Shown one piece after another: positions 1-13,410 of a stretch of 64,000 nucleotides of DNA. Each line of letters starts with the position of its first letter. Positions within the stretch are counted from its first letter, which is position 1. Source of the stretch: Mobula hypostoma (Eukaryota); the NCBI RefSeq assembly GCF_963921235.1, contig NC_086109.1, forward strand, positions 37,450,001 through 37,514,000, read 5' to 3'. The notes under the pieces were generated by a model. That model did no database searches. It saw only the letters and a list, made by a program, of their open reading frames with translations, and had not been told where the DNA came from. A program made the translations under genes and the position numbers.

Positions 1-1431
1 TGTTGTTCCATTGTTTAAAAAGGTTTCTAAGAGTAAACCTAGCAATTATTGGCCTGTAAGTTTGACGGCAGTGGTGGGTAAATTAATGGAAAGTATTCTA
101 AGAGATGGTATATATAATTATCTGGATAAACAGGGGCTGATTTGGAACAGTCAACATGGATTTGTGTGTGGAAGGTCATGTTTGACAAATCTTATTGAAT
201 TTTTTGAAGAGGTTACTAGGAAAGCTGACGAGAGTAAAGCAGTAGATGTTATCTATATGGACTTCAGTAAGGCTTTTGACAAGGTTCCACACAGAAGGTT
301 AGTTGGGAAGGTTCAATCGTCAGGCATTAATATGGAAGTAGTAAAATGGCTGGATGGGAGATGCCAGAGAGTGGTGGTGGATAACTGTTTGTCAGGTTGG
401 AGGCCGGTGACTAGTGGTGTGCCTCAGGGATCTGTACTGGCTCCAATGTTGTTTGTCATTTACATTAATGATCTAGATGATGAGGAGGTAAATTGGATTA
501 GTAAGTATGCAGATGATACTAAGATAGGTGGCGTTGTGGATAATGAAGCAGGTTTGCAAAGCTTGCAGAGAGATTTAGGCCAGTTAGAAGAGTGGGCTGA
601 AAGATGGCAGATGGAGTTTAATGCTGATAAGTATAAGGTGCTACATTTTGGTAGGACTAATCAAAATAAGACATACATGGTAAATGGTAGGGCATTGAAG
701 AATGCAGTAGAACAGAGTGATCTAGGAATAATGGTGCATAGTTCCCTGAAGGTGGAATCTCATGTGGATAGGGTGGTAAAGAAAGCTTTTGGTATGCTGG
801 TGTTTGTAAATCAAAGCATTGAGTATAGGAGTTGGGATGTAATGTTAAAATAGTACAGGGCATTGGTAAGGCCAAATTTGGAGTATTGTGTACATTTCTG
901 GTCACCAATTTATAGGAAAGATGTCAACAAAATAGAGAGAGTACAGAGAAGATTTACTAGAATGGTACCTGGGTCTCAGCACTTGAGGTACAGAGAAAGG
1001 TTGAACAAGTTAGGTCTTCATTCTTTGGAGCATAGAAGGTTGAAGGGGAACTTGACAGAGGTATTTAAAATTATGAGGGGGATAGATAGAGCTGACATGG
1101 ATAGGCTTTTTCCATTGAGAGTGGGGGAGATTCCAACAAGAGGACATGAGTTGAGAGTTAGGGAGCAAAAGTTTAGGGGTAACATGACGGGGAACTTCTT
1201 TACTCAGAGAGTGGTGGCTGTGTGGAATGAGCTCCAGTAGAACTGGTAGAGGCAGGTTCCATATTGTCATTTTAAGAAAAATTGGGTAGGTATATGGACA
1301 GGAAAGGAATGGAGGGTAATGGGCTGAGTGCAGGTCGGTGGGACTAGGTGAGGGAAAGCGTTTGGCACAGACTAGAAGGGCCGAGATGGCCTGTTTCCGT
1401 GCTGTAATTGTTATATGGTTATATGGTTATA
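1..1431 (+). mobile_element. CR1-type LINE, RT domain and 3' end (defective)
   Basis: ORFs 11-853 and 863-1240 carry [23 protein letters not shown] and RPNLEYC; stop at 851-853; (GTTATATG)n tail at 1410-1431. Confidence 0.93.
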
Positions 1432-1439
1432 ATATATGT

Positions 1440-1850
1440 ACATGCAATGGCCACACAATTGGGTTTCTCTTGTATCTAATAGAATGGCCACTACCACTAT
1501 GTCGACTCAGGCCTAGGGGGCCAGCGTCGGACAATAGAATGGCCACTGGGTGTACAATGGTGGTTGTCTGCTGCTGTAACCCATCCACTTCAAGTTTGGA
1601 CAGGTTGTGCACTTAGAAATGCTCTTCTGCACACCACTGTTGTAAAGTGTGGTTATGTGACTTACTGTCACCTCTTGCCAGCTTGAACCAGTCTGGTCAT
1701 TCTCCTCTGACCTCTCTCATTAACAAGGTGTTTTCACCCACAGAACTGCTGCTCACTGATTGTTTTTGTTTTTCGCACGTGTCTCTATAAACTCTGGAAA
1801 GTATCATGCATGAAAATCCCAGGTTCCGAGGCACTCAAACTACGCCAATT
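1440..1850. mobile_element. Non-autonomous Tc1-like element fragment
   Basis: Resembles a widespread fish Tc1-derived repeat (ctgctgctgtaacccatccacttcaag...gaaaatcccagg); recognised from memory, no ORF support. Confidence 0.45.
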
Positions 1851-2009
1851 CAAAAACCTTTTAAAGAATTGAAAGAAATACTTTGAATCCTAAATTATTC
1901 GAATAAAGTTGCAAAGTTACTAATTATTTAACCATAAAAACTCTTGATAAAATGAATGTTGTATTTCAGAAAATGTCAGAAATGCATGAGTAACAAGGGG
2001 CTGAAGTCT

Positions 2010-2550
2010 TTTTGCTATTACTAAGGAGAAGGTATCTGGAAGCTGAAAAGTCTGAAGGTAGCGAAGTCACCCAGACCAGATGGTTCTGAAAGAGTGGCTG
2101 AAGAGATCGTGGAGGCATTAGTAATGACCGTTCATGAATCACGAGATTCTGGAACAGTTCTTGAGGTCCAGAATATTACAAAAATGTCACTACACTCTTT
2201 AAGGAAGGAAGGAAGACAGAAAAATGGAAACTATTGGCCGGTTGGCTCCAATAATTAACGACAGAGATATATATACAATATACATCCTGAAAATCTTCTT
2301 GACATCAGCCTGAGTTGCTGAGTTCCAACCACTTGACTTCAGTGGTTGGAAAGCTGTTCGAGTCTATTATTAAGGATGAGGTTTTGGGGCAGTTGGAGGC
2401 ACATGATACAATAGGCCAAAGTCAACATGGTTTTCTAAAGGGGAATTCTGGCCTTTCAAATCTGTTGGAATTCTTTAAGGAAATAACAAGCAGGAGAGAC
2501 AAAGGAGTGTCGGCGAATGTTGTTTATTTGGATTTTCAGAAGGTCTTTGA
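2010..2550 (+). mobile_element. CR1 LINE fragment (N-terminal RT region)
   Basis: ORF 2315-2644: LTSVVGKLFESII, SQHGFLKG, YLDFQKVFD. Confidence 0.85.
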
Positions 2551-4066
2551 CAATGAACCTGATCAGGTGTCAGAGCATTTTGGAGATAGTGTTCACAATT
2601 ATATCTCCTTTACCATAGCATTGGAGAGGGATAGGAACAGATAAACTAGGAAAGGGTTTAATTGGAGTAAAGGGAAATATGAGGCTATCAGGCAGAAACT
2701 TGGAAGCATAAATTGGAAACAAATGTTCTTAGGGAAATGTATGGCGGAAATGTGGCAAATGTTCAGGGGTATTTGCATGGAGTTCTACATAGGTACATTC
2801 CAGGGAGACAGGGAAAGGATGATAGGGTACAGGAACCATGGCGTACAAAGGCTTTTGAAAATCTAGTCAAGAAGAAAAGAAAAGCTTATGAAAGGTTCCA
2901 AAAACTAGGTAATGATACAGATCTAGAACATTATAAGGCTAGCAGGGAGGGGTTTAAGAATGAAATTAGGCGAGCCAGAAGGGGCCATGAGAAGGATTTG
3001 GTGGGCAGGATTAAGGAAAACCCCAAGGCATTCTATGAGTGTGTGAAGAGCAAGAGGATAAGATGTGAGAGAATAGGACCAATCAAGTGTAACAGTGGAA
3101 AAGTGTGTATGGAACCAGAGGAGATAGCAGAGATACTTAATGAATACTTTGCTTCAGTATTCACTACAGAAAAGGACCTTGGTGATTGTAGAGATGACTT
3201 ACAGTGGACTGAAAAGCTTGAGCATGTAGATATTAAGAAAGAGGATGTGCTGGAGCTTTTGGAAAGCATCAAGTTGGATAAATCTCTGGGACCAGATGAG
3301 ATGTACCCCAGGTTACTGTGGGAGGTGAGGGAGGAGATTGCTGAGCCTCTGGCAATGATCTTTACAACATCAATGGGGATGGGAGAGGTTCTGGTAGATT
3401 GGAGGGTTGTGGATGTTGTTCCCTTATTCAAGAGAGGGAGTAGGGATAGCTCAGGAAATTATAGACCAGTGAGTCTTACTTGAATGGTTGGTAAGTTGAT
3501 GGAAAAGATCCTGATAGGCAGGAGTTATGAACATTTGAAAGGCTTAATATGATTAGGAATAGTCAGCATGGCTTTGTCAAGGGCAGGTCGTGCCTTACAA
3601 GCCTGATTGAATTTTTTGAGGATGTGACTAAACACATTACTGAAGGTAGAGCAGTAGATGTAGTGTATATGGATTTCATCAAGGCATTTGATAAGGTACC
3701 TCATGCAAGGCTTATTGAGAAAGTAAGGAGGCATGGGATCCAAGGGGACATTGCTTTGTGGATCCCGAACTGGCTTGCCCACGGAAATCAAAGGGTGGTT
3801 GCAGATAGGTCATATTCTGCATGGAGGTCGGTGACCAGTGGTGTGCCTCAGGGATCTGTTCTGGGACCCCTTCTCTTCGTGATTTTTATAAATGACCTGG
3901 GTCAGGAAGTGGAGGGATGGGTTAGTTATTTTTCTGATGACACAAAGGTTGGGGGTGTTGTGGATAGTGTGGAGGCTGTCAGTGATTACAGCGGGACATC
4001 GACAGGATGCAAAACTGGGCTGAGAAGTGGCAGATGGAGTTCAACACAGATAAGTATGAGGTGATT
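2551..4066 (+). mobile_element. CR1 LINE ORF2 fragment (linker + RT)
   Basis: ORFs 2713-3483 and 3549-4064: [39 protein letters not shown]. Confidence 0.92.
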
Positions 4067-5125
4067 CATTAGCACCTACAGAACAATACAGGCCCTTCAG
4101 CCCACAAAGCTGTCCTTTCTATGGTTTCCACATCCTTCTTGCAGAGAGGCGACCAGAACTGAGCACAGTACTCCAAGTGGGGTCTGACCAGGGTCCTATA
4201 TAGCTGCAACATTACCTCTTGGCTCCTAAACTCAATCCCACGATTGATGAAGACCAATGCACCATATGCTTTCTTAACCACAGATTCAACTTGCACGGCA
4301 GTTTTGAGTGTCCTATCGACTCGGACCCCAAGATCCCTCTGATTCTCCACACTGCCAGGAGTCTTACCATTAATACTATATTCTGCCATCATAATTGACC
4401 TCCCAAGATGAACCATTGACAGCCCTCCACACTGTCCACAAGGTCCTATTCTCTTGCATTTTCTCCTCTTGCTCTTCCCTTACTTGTTTTCCTTAATCTG
4501 TCTGCCAAGGCCTTCTCATGGCCCCTTCTGGCTCTCCTAATTTCTTTCTTAAGCTCCTTCCTGCTAGCCTTAAGGTCTTCTCAATCTCTATCATGACCTA
4601 GTTTTTTGAATGTTTCATAAGCTCTTCTTTTCTTCTTGACTAGATTTACAACAGCCTTTGTACACTACGTTTCCTGTACCTTACCATCCTTTCCCTGTCT
4701 CATTGGAATATGCCTATGCAGAACTCCACACTAATATCCCCTGAACATTTGCCACATCTCTGCTGTACATTTCCCTGAGAACATCTGTTCCCAATTTATG
4801 CTTCCAAGTTCCTGCCTGATAGCCTCATATTTCCCCTTACTCCAATTAAACACTTTTCTAACTAGTCTGTTCTTATCCTTCTCCAATCCTCTGGTAAAGG
4901 AGATAGAATTGTGATCTCTCTCTCCAAAATGCTCTCTCACTGAGAGATCTGACACCTGACCAGGTTCATTTCCCAGTACCAGATCAAGTACAGCCTCTCC
5001 TCTTGTAGGCTTATCTATGCATTGTGTCAAGAAACCTTCCTGAACAAACCTAACAAAGTCCACCCCATCTAAACCCCTCGCTCTAGGGACATGCCAATCG
5101 ATATTTGGGAAATTAAAATCTCCTA
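4067..5125 (-). mobile_element. Multiply internally deleted CR1 copy including a 3' end, inverted orientation
   Basis: Minus-strand pieces in collinear order: endonuclease GDFNFPNIDW, linker, a 24-nt RT piece, RT C-terminus (RPHLEYC), then a CR1 3'UTR-like end. Confidence 0.85.
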
Positions 5126-5950
5126 CTGAAGGTAGTGTTGAGGAAGCAGAGTATCTGCAGAAGGACTTGGTCAGATTGGAGGAATGGGTAAAGACGTGGT
5201 AGATGGAATATAATGTAGGGAAGTGCATGGTCATGTACTTTGGCAGAAGTGATAAAGGCATGGACTATTTTGTAAATGGGGAGAAAATTCAAAAATTAGA
5301 GGTGACGGACATGGGAGTCGTCGTGCAGGATTCCGTAAAAGGTAACTTGCAAGTTGAGTCAGTGGTAAGGAAGGCAAATGCAATCCTAGCATGCATTTCG
5401 AGAGGAATAGAATACTAAAGCAAGGATGTAATGCTGAGACTTGGGCCTCTTACCTAAGAAAGGATGTGCTGGCATTGGAGAGTCCAGAAGAGGTTCCTGA
5501 GAATGATTCCAGGAATGAAAGGGTTAACACATGAGGAGCATTTGATAGCTCAGGGCCTGTAACCATTGGAGTTCAGAAGGATGAGGATGACTTCAATGAA
5601 AACTATTATTGAAAGGTCCAGATAAAATAGATGTGGAGAGAATGTTTCATGTAGTAGGGGAGTCCAGGACCAGAGGGCACAGCCTCAGATTTGAGAGATA
5701 TCTGTTGAGAACAAAGATGAGGAATAATTTATGTCAGAGGGTGGTGAATCTGTGGAATTCATTGCCACAGACAGTTGTGTAGGCATTTAAGGCGTAAGTT
5801 GATAGGTTCTTGATTAATCAGTGCATCAAAGGTTATGGGGAGAAGGCAGGAGAATGGGTTGAGAGGAATAAAAAATCAGGCATGATGGAATGGCAGAGCA
5901 GACTCAATGGGTCAAAGGGCCCAATTTTGCTCCTATGTCTCATGATCTTT
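5126..5950 (+). mobile_element. CR1 LINE 3' fragment
   Basis: ORF 5203-5418 (MEYNVGKC...ISRGIEY), tcagagggtggtgaatctgtggaattc motif and CR1-type 3'UTR. Confidence 0.85.
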
Positions 5951-8900
5951 ATCTTTCACCCTTTTTCAAATGAGAGACAGATCTTGGGAGAGAAGCCAGT
6001 GACTGATTTTGGGTTCTGACACAGAAAAGTTTAAGAGCCCATGACTGAAATTGTTCAATTTGAATATGCAGTTACTTTTGTTTTATACTGTCTTCAATCC
6101 TCTGGTGCTTCGATATTTACGTTATCAGCCTCTTCCTTTAGCACATCTCCATCTAAAATATCTTAAAATTGAAGATATTAATTTTTCATAGTCATGACAT
6201 TCTGTTAAATATTTCTCTGCCTTTAGATGCGCTACATTAATTAATGCATTTCTTTCAATGAAATTGAGGAGAAGTTAATTTTAATTTTAAAGTAATCAAA
6301 AATAATTCCATTTTGTTTGGGATAAAATCATTAAAATGATGTAACCAAGAAGCCAATTATATCTCAGGTTGTTGCTAAGTACTACAGCTGAGAAGGCCAA
6401 AGAGCCCACTGAGTCAGAGCTGGTTCGTTTGAAAAGAACCTATCACAACTCCATGTCCTTCCTCTATCTGCTTCAAGCGATAGTTAGCTTCTAATCATTG
6501 TTCTTTAATGTAAGCAGGAATTTACGTTTGACATATTTTAGAGGGAGTAGTTTAAGCAGATATGACGCACACACTACACAAGTCTGCTTCACACTTAATA
6601 ATTTATGGGATGGGGGAGCACTCTCCCTTCCACTGCAACTTGTACCTGCCACCAAATGGAAGGAGTTAGAAAGGTTTTAAAACTAAATTAGGAATATTTA
6701 TAACTGGCAGATTTGCTTTCTAACAACAGAAAATGAAGAAGGACATTTTATTATTTTCAGTGATCTGTGTGAAGAGGTGGGTGGAAAGATGTCTATGCCA
6801 ACCCAGAAGTCATTAATGAGGTCTGTACTTTCCTTTTTTCATACTTGAGCTTCACAAAGATTGTTAAGGCAATTTGCCAGCATTTAATGAAAGCTGATAC
6901 GCAGTCACCACTCGAGGATGGTGGTGGTGGGGGGGGGGGGGGGAAGGGGGGGTGGTGTTGGTGGTGAGGCCAGGAATACTGATAGCTCTCTGCAGAAACA
7001 AAAGCAAAAGTAGGCTCTTGAATGAATAGGAACTACTGTAGAAGAATGGCTAGAGTGGGACTGGCAGTGGCTGGGAAGAAATTTGTAACACACCATGGAA
7101 CATTTATGCTCTTGTTTTGCTCCAGGATACCTTTAAGGATGTTTGGATCAGACTGCACCAGTCGTTTAAGATTCACTGGGTCAACCTCTTCATAGTTTCC
7201 ATGGATATAGATTCCACCTGAGATTATTCCAGAATTGCCCTTATCTTCTGGATCTTCTGGATTTCACCTAAAACAGGATCTTCCCTGTTTTAGGTGAAAT
7301 GCTGCTACCGAAATCTACAATAGACAGTATCGTTGGGAAGGGTCCAGAAATTCCTGTCCTGTCAACATCTCCTTTCCACTTATAACAATTCAGAATTATG
7401 TACCTCCAAAAAAAATTATTGCTTAAGATTCAAGGTATGTAGTTTTGAATTGACAACCTCCATGATGGAATGGTAGAACACACTCGATAGGCCAAAGGGC
7501 CTAATTTTGCTGCCATGTCTTATGGTCTTTATCTTTTACCCTATTTCAAATGTGAGATTGATTTTAGGAGGGAAGCCAGTGACCGATTTTGGGTTCTGAC
7601 ACAGAACGACATGGCTAAATAAACATATTCCACTTTTGTTAACTCTTTGAATAAAAAAAATATAATTTTCCTTAAGATCAGACTTGTTATATTGCCTGCA
7701 ATCAATGGTTACCTACATCAAAGTAGCATAAGACTCTTTTGTTCTGGGTACCAGAAGGGAACAATAATCACAATGTTCAAGCACATAAAAAAGGAAAAAA
7801 ATGAAAGCTGCAGTCCGAATTAATAAACCTACCAGCCAACACGCTTGTTAATGACAAGGTCAAGAAAAATCTGTGAGCAGCTTGAAATATTTTACTTCCT
7901 AATTTTCTAAAATCTGTTGAGTATCTGAACATGGACGTGCAGCAAGTTTTCATGGAAAACACCAAGCCAATCAAAAAAATATATTATTGTCCTGCAGTGC
8001 AAGTGCTAAGCAACATTGAAATCTAAAGGAAACTTACAAACACATATTTCAGAAGTAGCACTTGACATGAATCAAGATTGCCACATCTTAAGTCTTAAAT
8101 CCATCGTAGCATTTTTAAACATTTTCCTGAATGTTACAATATCTAGTTGTTTTATTTCGTTAATTGATGCATGCACACAAATCGCTCAGCTTCTTTTTTT
8201 AAATAGAAGTCATCCTTAAATGATTTGTCTCAGTATTTTAGAAACCTGTACATAATAGTTTGCATTAACCTCAGAATTAAAAAAATGTTTTTTTGTATGA
8301 ATTTTCATGATATAAAGGCTTGCAGTGAATTGTATTCAGTGACATCTTTCTTCTCCAAGTGGTTCCTGAAAAAATGTGCAGTATTTCATAACTTGCAGGA
8401 TGTCTTCATGAATCTTTACTGACAGAGGGCAATATCACTCAGCCGGGGTTAAGTTAACAGCTTCTGCTCTTCAGACATTGAATATAATGTCCTTACTCTT
8501 GTGCTCAGATTCCAGGCATACAAATTTTATCTGTATACTGCAGCTCAATCATCAAATTTGGATGACCTTGGTTCAAGAATATAGTCTCCACAGGGTGAAC
8601 AGCTTCCCATTTGTTCTTAAGATTAGCTCTACTTCCACAGGAAGTTTGTTGGAAGAAAGGTGCAGCAATATGGCAAAACAAATTGAAAGTAGTGCAGGAC
8701 AATAATGCAACTGGCCAGTTGGTTAGGATCATGATTTATATGCCATCACAAGATGGAATGAATATCTTTTAATTAGTCAAATTAAAACAAAGCCCATCCT
8801 CACTTCTGAATGATGGACTCAATGGATTTCATGAAATTGACTGGTTCTGCACTTGCAATACTTGTGATTGTGAACTGAATTTTATGTTCCTGATGGTTGG

Positions 8901-9759
8901 GATCCACACTGTAATTTTGGAAGCAGCAATTTTCTGCCAGCATTGACTGTTGTTGTGACAGACAGCAGGAAGAGCCATCTGTAAATCTCTTTGCCTGCAA
9001 AATGGTCACAATGACATTGCATGAGTTTCTCTGGTGCATCCTCAAATCCAGCCCCATTTCCAGACTTCAGCCACATCTATACAGTATATCCAAGTTCCCA
9101 ACCCCAACTGTGACCACAGATCAGAATTTCGCTTTTCTGCATCCCTCTCTCCCCACCATGCCATCCCTAAATCTACAGTATGAACAGGGTCAATAAAGCT
9201 GTGCACAAAATGCATGTTTTTGATAATTGATCTTTCACTTCTGTCAATTTTTCTTCAATAAATCATCATTAAAACAACCCTAAAAAGTTTAACGTTAAAC
9301 ATTTCTAAATTTTGATAACAACTGGTTTCATTCATTGGAGTACATGCCAGCTTTTTGCAAGAGTAGGAACCTCATGGCTTTCCACTGTTCTTTACCCACA
9401 TCAATGAGTTTTTTTTTAAATGGAGAGTTAAATTTCTTTTGAAAGTTTACAAATTGGCTTCCATCACATCTCTCCACAAATGCTGCCTGACCTGATATCC
9501 CAAGTTCTCTTCTGTATAATTTCACTTGGCTCAGAAGGCTGCTTTGTCATCATGTATGCTGTAAGACTAACCATGATGTGGCTGCTGAGGAGGATATTGA
9601 ATGTTATCCAAATTGGCCAAACTTGAACTAGTGGGGCCAAAGGGTTTTTCCCATGCTATATGCCTGTGACTATCACATGAAATTTCTTTGCAAATAAGAT
9701 TTAATTTTAAGATTCTATTCAATTTAAAACTCCATGAGTTGACTGCTCACTGTAATATT

Positions 9760-10220
9760 TCTATAGATGTACAGTGGAGAGAATCTTAACTAGTTGTACC
9801 ACAGCCTAGTATGGAAGCACCAATGCCTAGGAATGGAAAAGGCTACAGAAAGTGTTGGATAGTTGCCATTAGAGGCAAAGTCCTCTTCACCATTGAATAC
9901 ATATACAGGAAGCACTGACACAAGAAAGCAGCTTCCATCATCAAAACTCTCCCACCATCCAGGCTATGCAGTCTTCTCACTACAGAAGACTTCAGGTCTC
10001 ACACCACAAAGTTCAGTAACAGTTATTACCCACAACCACCAAGCTCCTGAACATTCATAGATAACTTCAGTCACCACTGATTCTACAACCTACAGACTTT
10101 CAAGTCATGTTCTCAATATTATTTTTATTATTTACACAATGGTTGTTTGTCAGTCTGTGCCTGTTTATCTGTTTTTTCTCCTGTAGATGCCTACAAGAAA
10201 ATGAGGTAGTATATGGTAAT
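9760..10220 (+). mobile_element. Degenerate Rex1/Babar-like LINE 3' fragment
   Basis: Translates to YRCTVERILTSCTTA*YGSTNA...RLQKV, similar to the copies near 29300 and 60670. Confidence 0.65.
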
Positions 10221-10221
10221 G

Positions 10222-11676
10222 GTGGCTAATGTAACTCCACTTTTTAAGAAAGGAGGGAGGGAGAAACTGGGGAATTAGAGACCGGTTAGCCTAACATCAG
10301 TGGTGGGGAAAATGCTAGAGTCAGTTATCAAAGATGTGATAACAGCACATTTGGAAAGCGGTGAAATCATCGGACAAAGTCAGCTTGGATTTGTGAAAGG
10401 AAAATCATGTCTGACGAATCTCATAGAATTTTTTGAGGATGTAACTAGTCGAGTGGATAGGGGACAACCAGTGGATGTGGTATATTTGGATTTTCAAAAG
10501 GCTTTTGACAAGGTCCCACACAGGAGATTAGTGTACAAACTTAAAGCACACGGTATTGGGGGTAAGGTATTGATGTGGGTGGAGAATTAGTTGGCAGACA
10601 GGAAGCAAACAGTGGGAATAAACGGGACCTTTTCAGAATGGCAGGCAGTGACTAGTGGGGTACCGCAAGGCTCAGTGCTGGGACCCCAGTTGTTTACAAT
10701 ATATATTAATGACTTGGATGAGGGAATTAAATGCAGCATCTCCAAGTTTGCGGATGACACGAAGCTGGGCGGCAGTGCTAGCTATGAGGAGGATGCTAAG
10801 AAGATGCAGAGTGACTTGGATAGGTTAGGTGAGTGGGCAAATTCATGGCAGATGCAATTTAATGTGGATAAATGTGAGGTTATCCACTTTGGTGGCAAAA
10901 ACAGGAAAACAGATTATTATCTAAATGGTGGCCGATTAGGAAAAGGGGAGGTGCAAAGAGACCTGGGTGTCATTATACACCAGCCATTGAAAGTGAGCAT
11001 GCAGGTACAGCAGGCGGTGAAAAAGGCGAATGGTATGCTGGCATTCATAGCAAGAGGATTTGAGTACAGGAGCAGGGAGGTACTACTGCAGTTGTACAAA
11101 GCCTTGGTGAGACCACACCTAGAGTATTGTGTGCAGTTTTGGTCCCCTAATCTGAGGAAAGACATTCTTGCCATAGAGGGAGTACAAAGGTGGTTCACCA
11201 GATTGATTCCTGGGATGGCAGGACTTTCATATGATGAAAGACTAGATTGACTAGGCTTATACTCACTGGAATTTAGAAGATTGAGGGGGGATCTTATTGA
11301 AATGCATAAAATCCTAAAGGGATTGGACAGGCTAGATGCAGGAAGATTGTTCCCGATATTGGGGGAGTCCAGAACAAGGGGTCACTGTTGGAGGATAAAG
11401 GGAAAGCCTTTTAGGACCGAGATTAGGAAAAACTTCTTCACGCAGAGGGTGGTGAATCTGAGGAATTCTCTGCCACAGGAAACAGTTGAGGCCAGTTCAT
11501 TGGCTATATTTAACAGGGAGTTAGATATGGCCCTTGTGGCTACGGGGATCAGGGGGTATGGAGAGAAGGCAGATACAGGGTTCTGAGTTGGATGATCAGC
11601 CATGATCATACTGAGTGGCGGTGCAGGCTCGAAGGGCCAAATGGCCTACTCCTGCACCTATTTTCTATGTTTCTAT
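10222..11676 (+). mobile_element. Relatively young 5'-truncated CR1 LINE (RT + 3' end)
   Basis: One reading frame broken by stops at 10588-10590 and 11248-11250; FADD and [10 protein letters not shown] motifs; ttctatgt tail. Confidence 0.95.
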
Positions 11677-12935
11677 ATACGTAGTTTGATAATAAATTTA
11701 ATTGAAATTCGATATATAGGTGGAATTAATTTCAAACCAACTAATTATTTCCTAGTTATTTCTGAAGTTAGAATGGAGGTGTGAAACAAAAATCACATTA
11801 AAGCAGAAAGTAAGGCATTGAAACCAATACAACATCACACACCCCTACCCTTTATCTTTGGTTTATTCTATCTGCAATATTTTCCAGCCCAAATTCCAGG
11901 TGGTTAATTTGATTCATTTCTTCACTTCACCTGTGGCAGAACCTTAAAATATTACAGCCTTAAATTCCTTCAATTTTCCTGTCTTACTGTATCTTCCTCA
12001 TCTCCAGTTGCACCCAAACCCCTGGCCCCACACTATTTATTCCTAAATCCAAATGCTCACTGAAAACTAATTATTTACCACCACTTTGGTCACACTCTCA
12101 ACATTTTTTCCATTTCTGACGAATGCCTAGTCATTCCCACAGGCCACTTCTAAAGTACCTCTGATGCCTTATTGTTTTAAAATGTAGAATCTATACTGCA
12201 ACTCCATTTGATTGCATTACAAAAAAATCTGAAAAAAGAAATCAAAGTTAAATAAAATGCTACAGCATGGCCTGAGATTCAATTATTAGATTCCATGCCA
12301 GCTCTCCAGAAGAGAATTCTTTCCATTATTCCACATATTCTACTTTAAGCACTTATTTTGAAAACCACCAATGAATCAGTCTCTGAAGATGCTGCCCAGC
12401 CTACAGAGAATTTCCTGCACAGCAGTTTTATCCTACATTTTCTTCCGCATTGTGCTTCCAATCATTGCTGTTCAGCACCTATTTTTTTTGTGGTAATTTC
12501 TAGTATATTTGATTTTTTTCCATTTCATCTCTACTTGTTTTTATTATTGACAGCTTTCCTTAAATGACTTTCAAATATCAACTACAATCTCTCTTCCTCC
12601 CCCCCCCCACCCCCGAACTTACAAACATTGACCTCGAGGCATCCTATTTTCTGTTGGGATGCAGTCCCATTTCCAGTGATTTCTAATCAATTCAGAAGCT
12701 GTTTTCCTCGTAAGTACTGAAGAGTTCCGATAGTCCAATTCCCAATTTTTTTGGAATCCCCAGGTCCTTTTCTCCCCCAACCGTCCCTAGACCAAGGTCA
12801 TATTCTCCATCTCTCTTTAACTTTACCCAGTTCACTGGAAAATTCACTGAACTACAGCGTTACAATTGTGTCGGGACATTAGTAGGTGTAATCTCCAATA
12901 GTCCAGAATGTTTGTTAATCCAGCAAGAGTAATCA

Positions 12936-13410
12936 CAAGAGATTCTGCAGATGCTGGAAATCCAGAGTAGCACATTTAAAATATTGAAGGAACTCAGCCA
13001 GTCAGGCAGCACCTATGGAGAGGAATAAAGAGCAGGCATTTCAGGCCAAGACCCTTCATTAGGACTGGAAAAGAAGTGCAGAAGTAGCCAGAAAAAGGAG
13101 GTGAGGGGAGGGAAAAAAAAGAGTACAAGCTAGGCGATGGGTGAAACTCTGATATGCTTCTTCCTTCCCTTTCTCCCATGGTCTATTCTCCTTTCCTATC
13201 AAATTCCTTCTTTTTCATCCCTTTACCTATTCCACTTACCACCGTTTAGCTTCTCACTTCATAGCCCCTCCCAGCCCACCTGGCTTCACCTATCACCTTC
13301 TCCTCCCCACACCTTTATTCTGGCTTCTTCCCCCTTCCTTTCCAGTCTGATGAAGGTCATCTGTTTATTCCTTTCCGTAGATGCTGCTTGGCTTCCTGAG
13401 CTCCACTACT
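12936..13410. mobile_element. Penelope-like terminal-repeat remnant with inverted arms
   Basis: ctgcagatgctggaaatcc...gaactcagc...gcagca at the left end; reverse-complement motifs (gatgctgc...ctgagctcca) at the right end. Confidence 0.7.

Noticed and set aside
4731..5261. 176-aa ORF with an endonuclease motif
   Set aside because: Chance read-through across the junction of two oppositely oriented CR1 fragments.
6918..6966. G-rich run with quadruplex potential
   Set aside because: Simple low-complexity tract with uncertain homopolymer length and no functional context.
8400..9200. Cluster of short ORFs in apparently unique sequence, possible neighbouring gene exon
   Set aside because: No recognisable protein motif or consistent splice-site pair in any frame examined.
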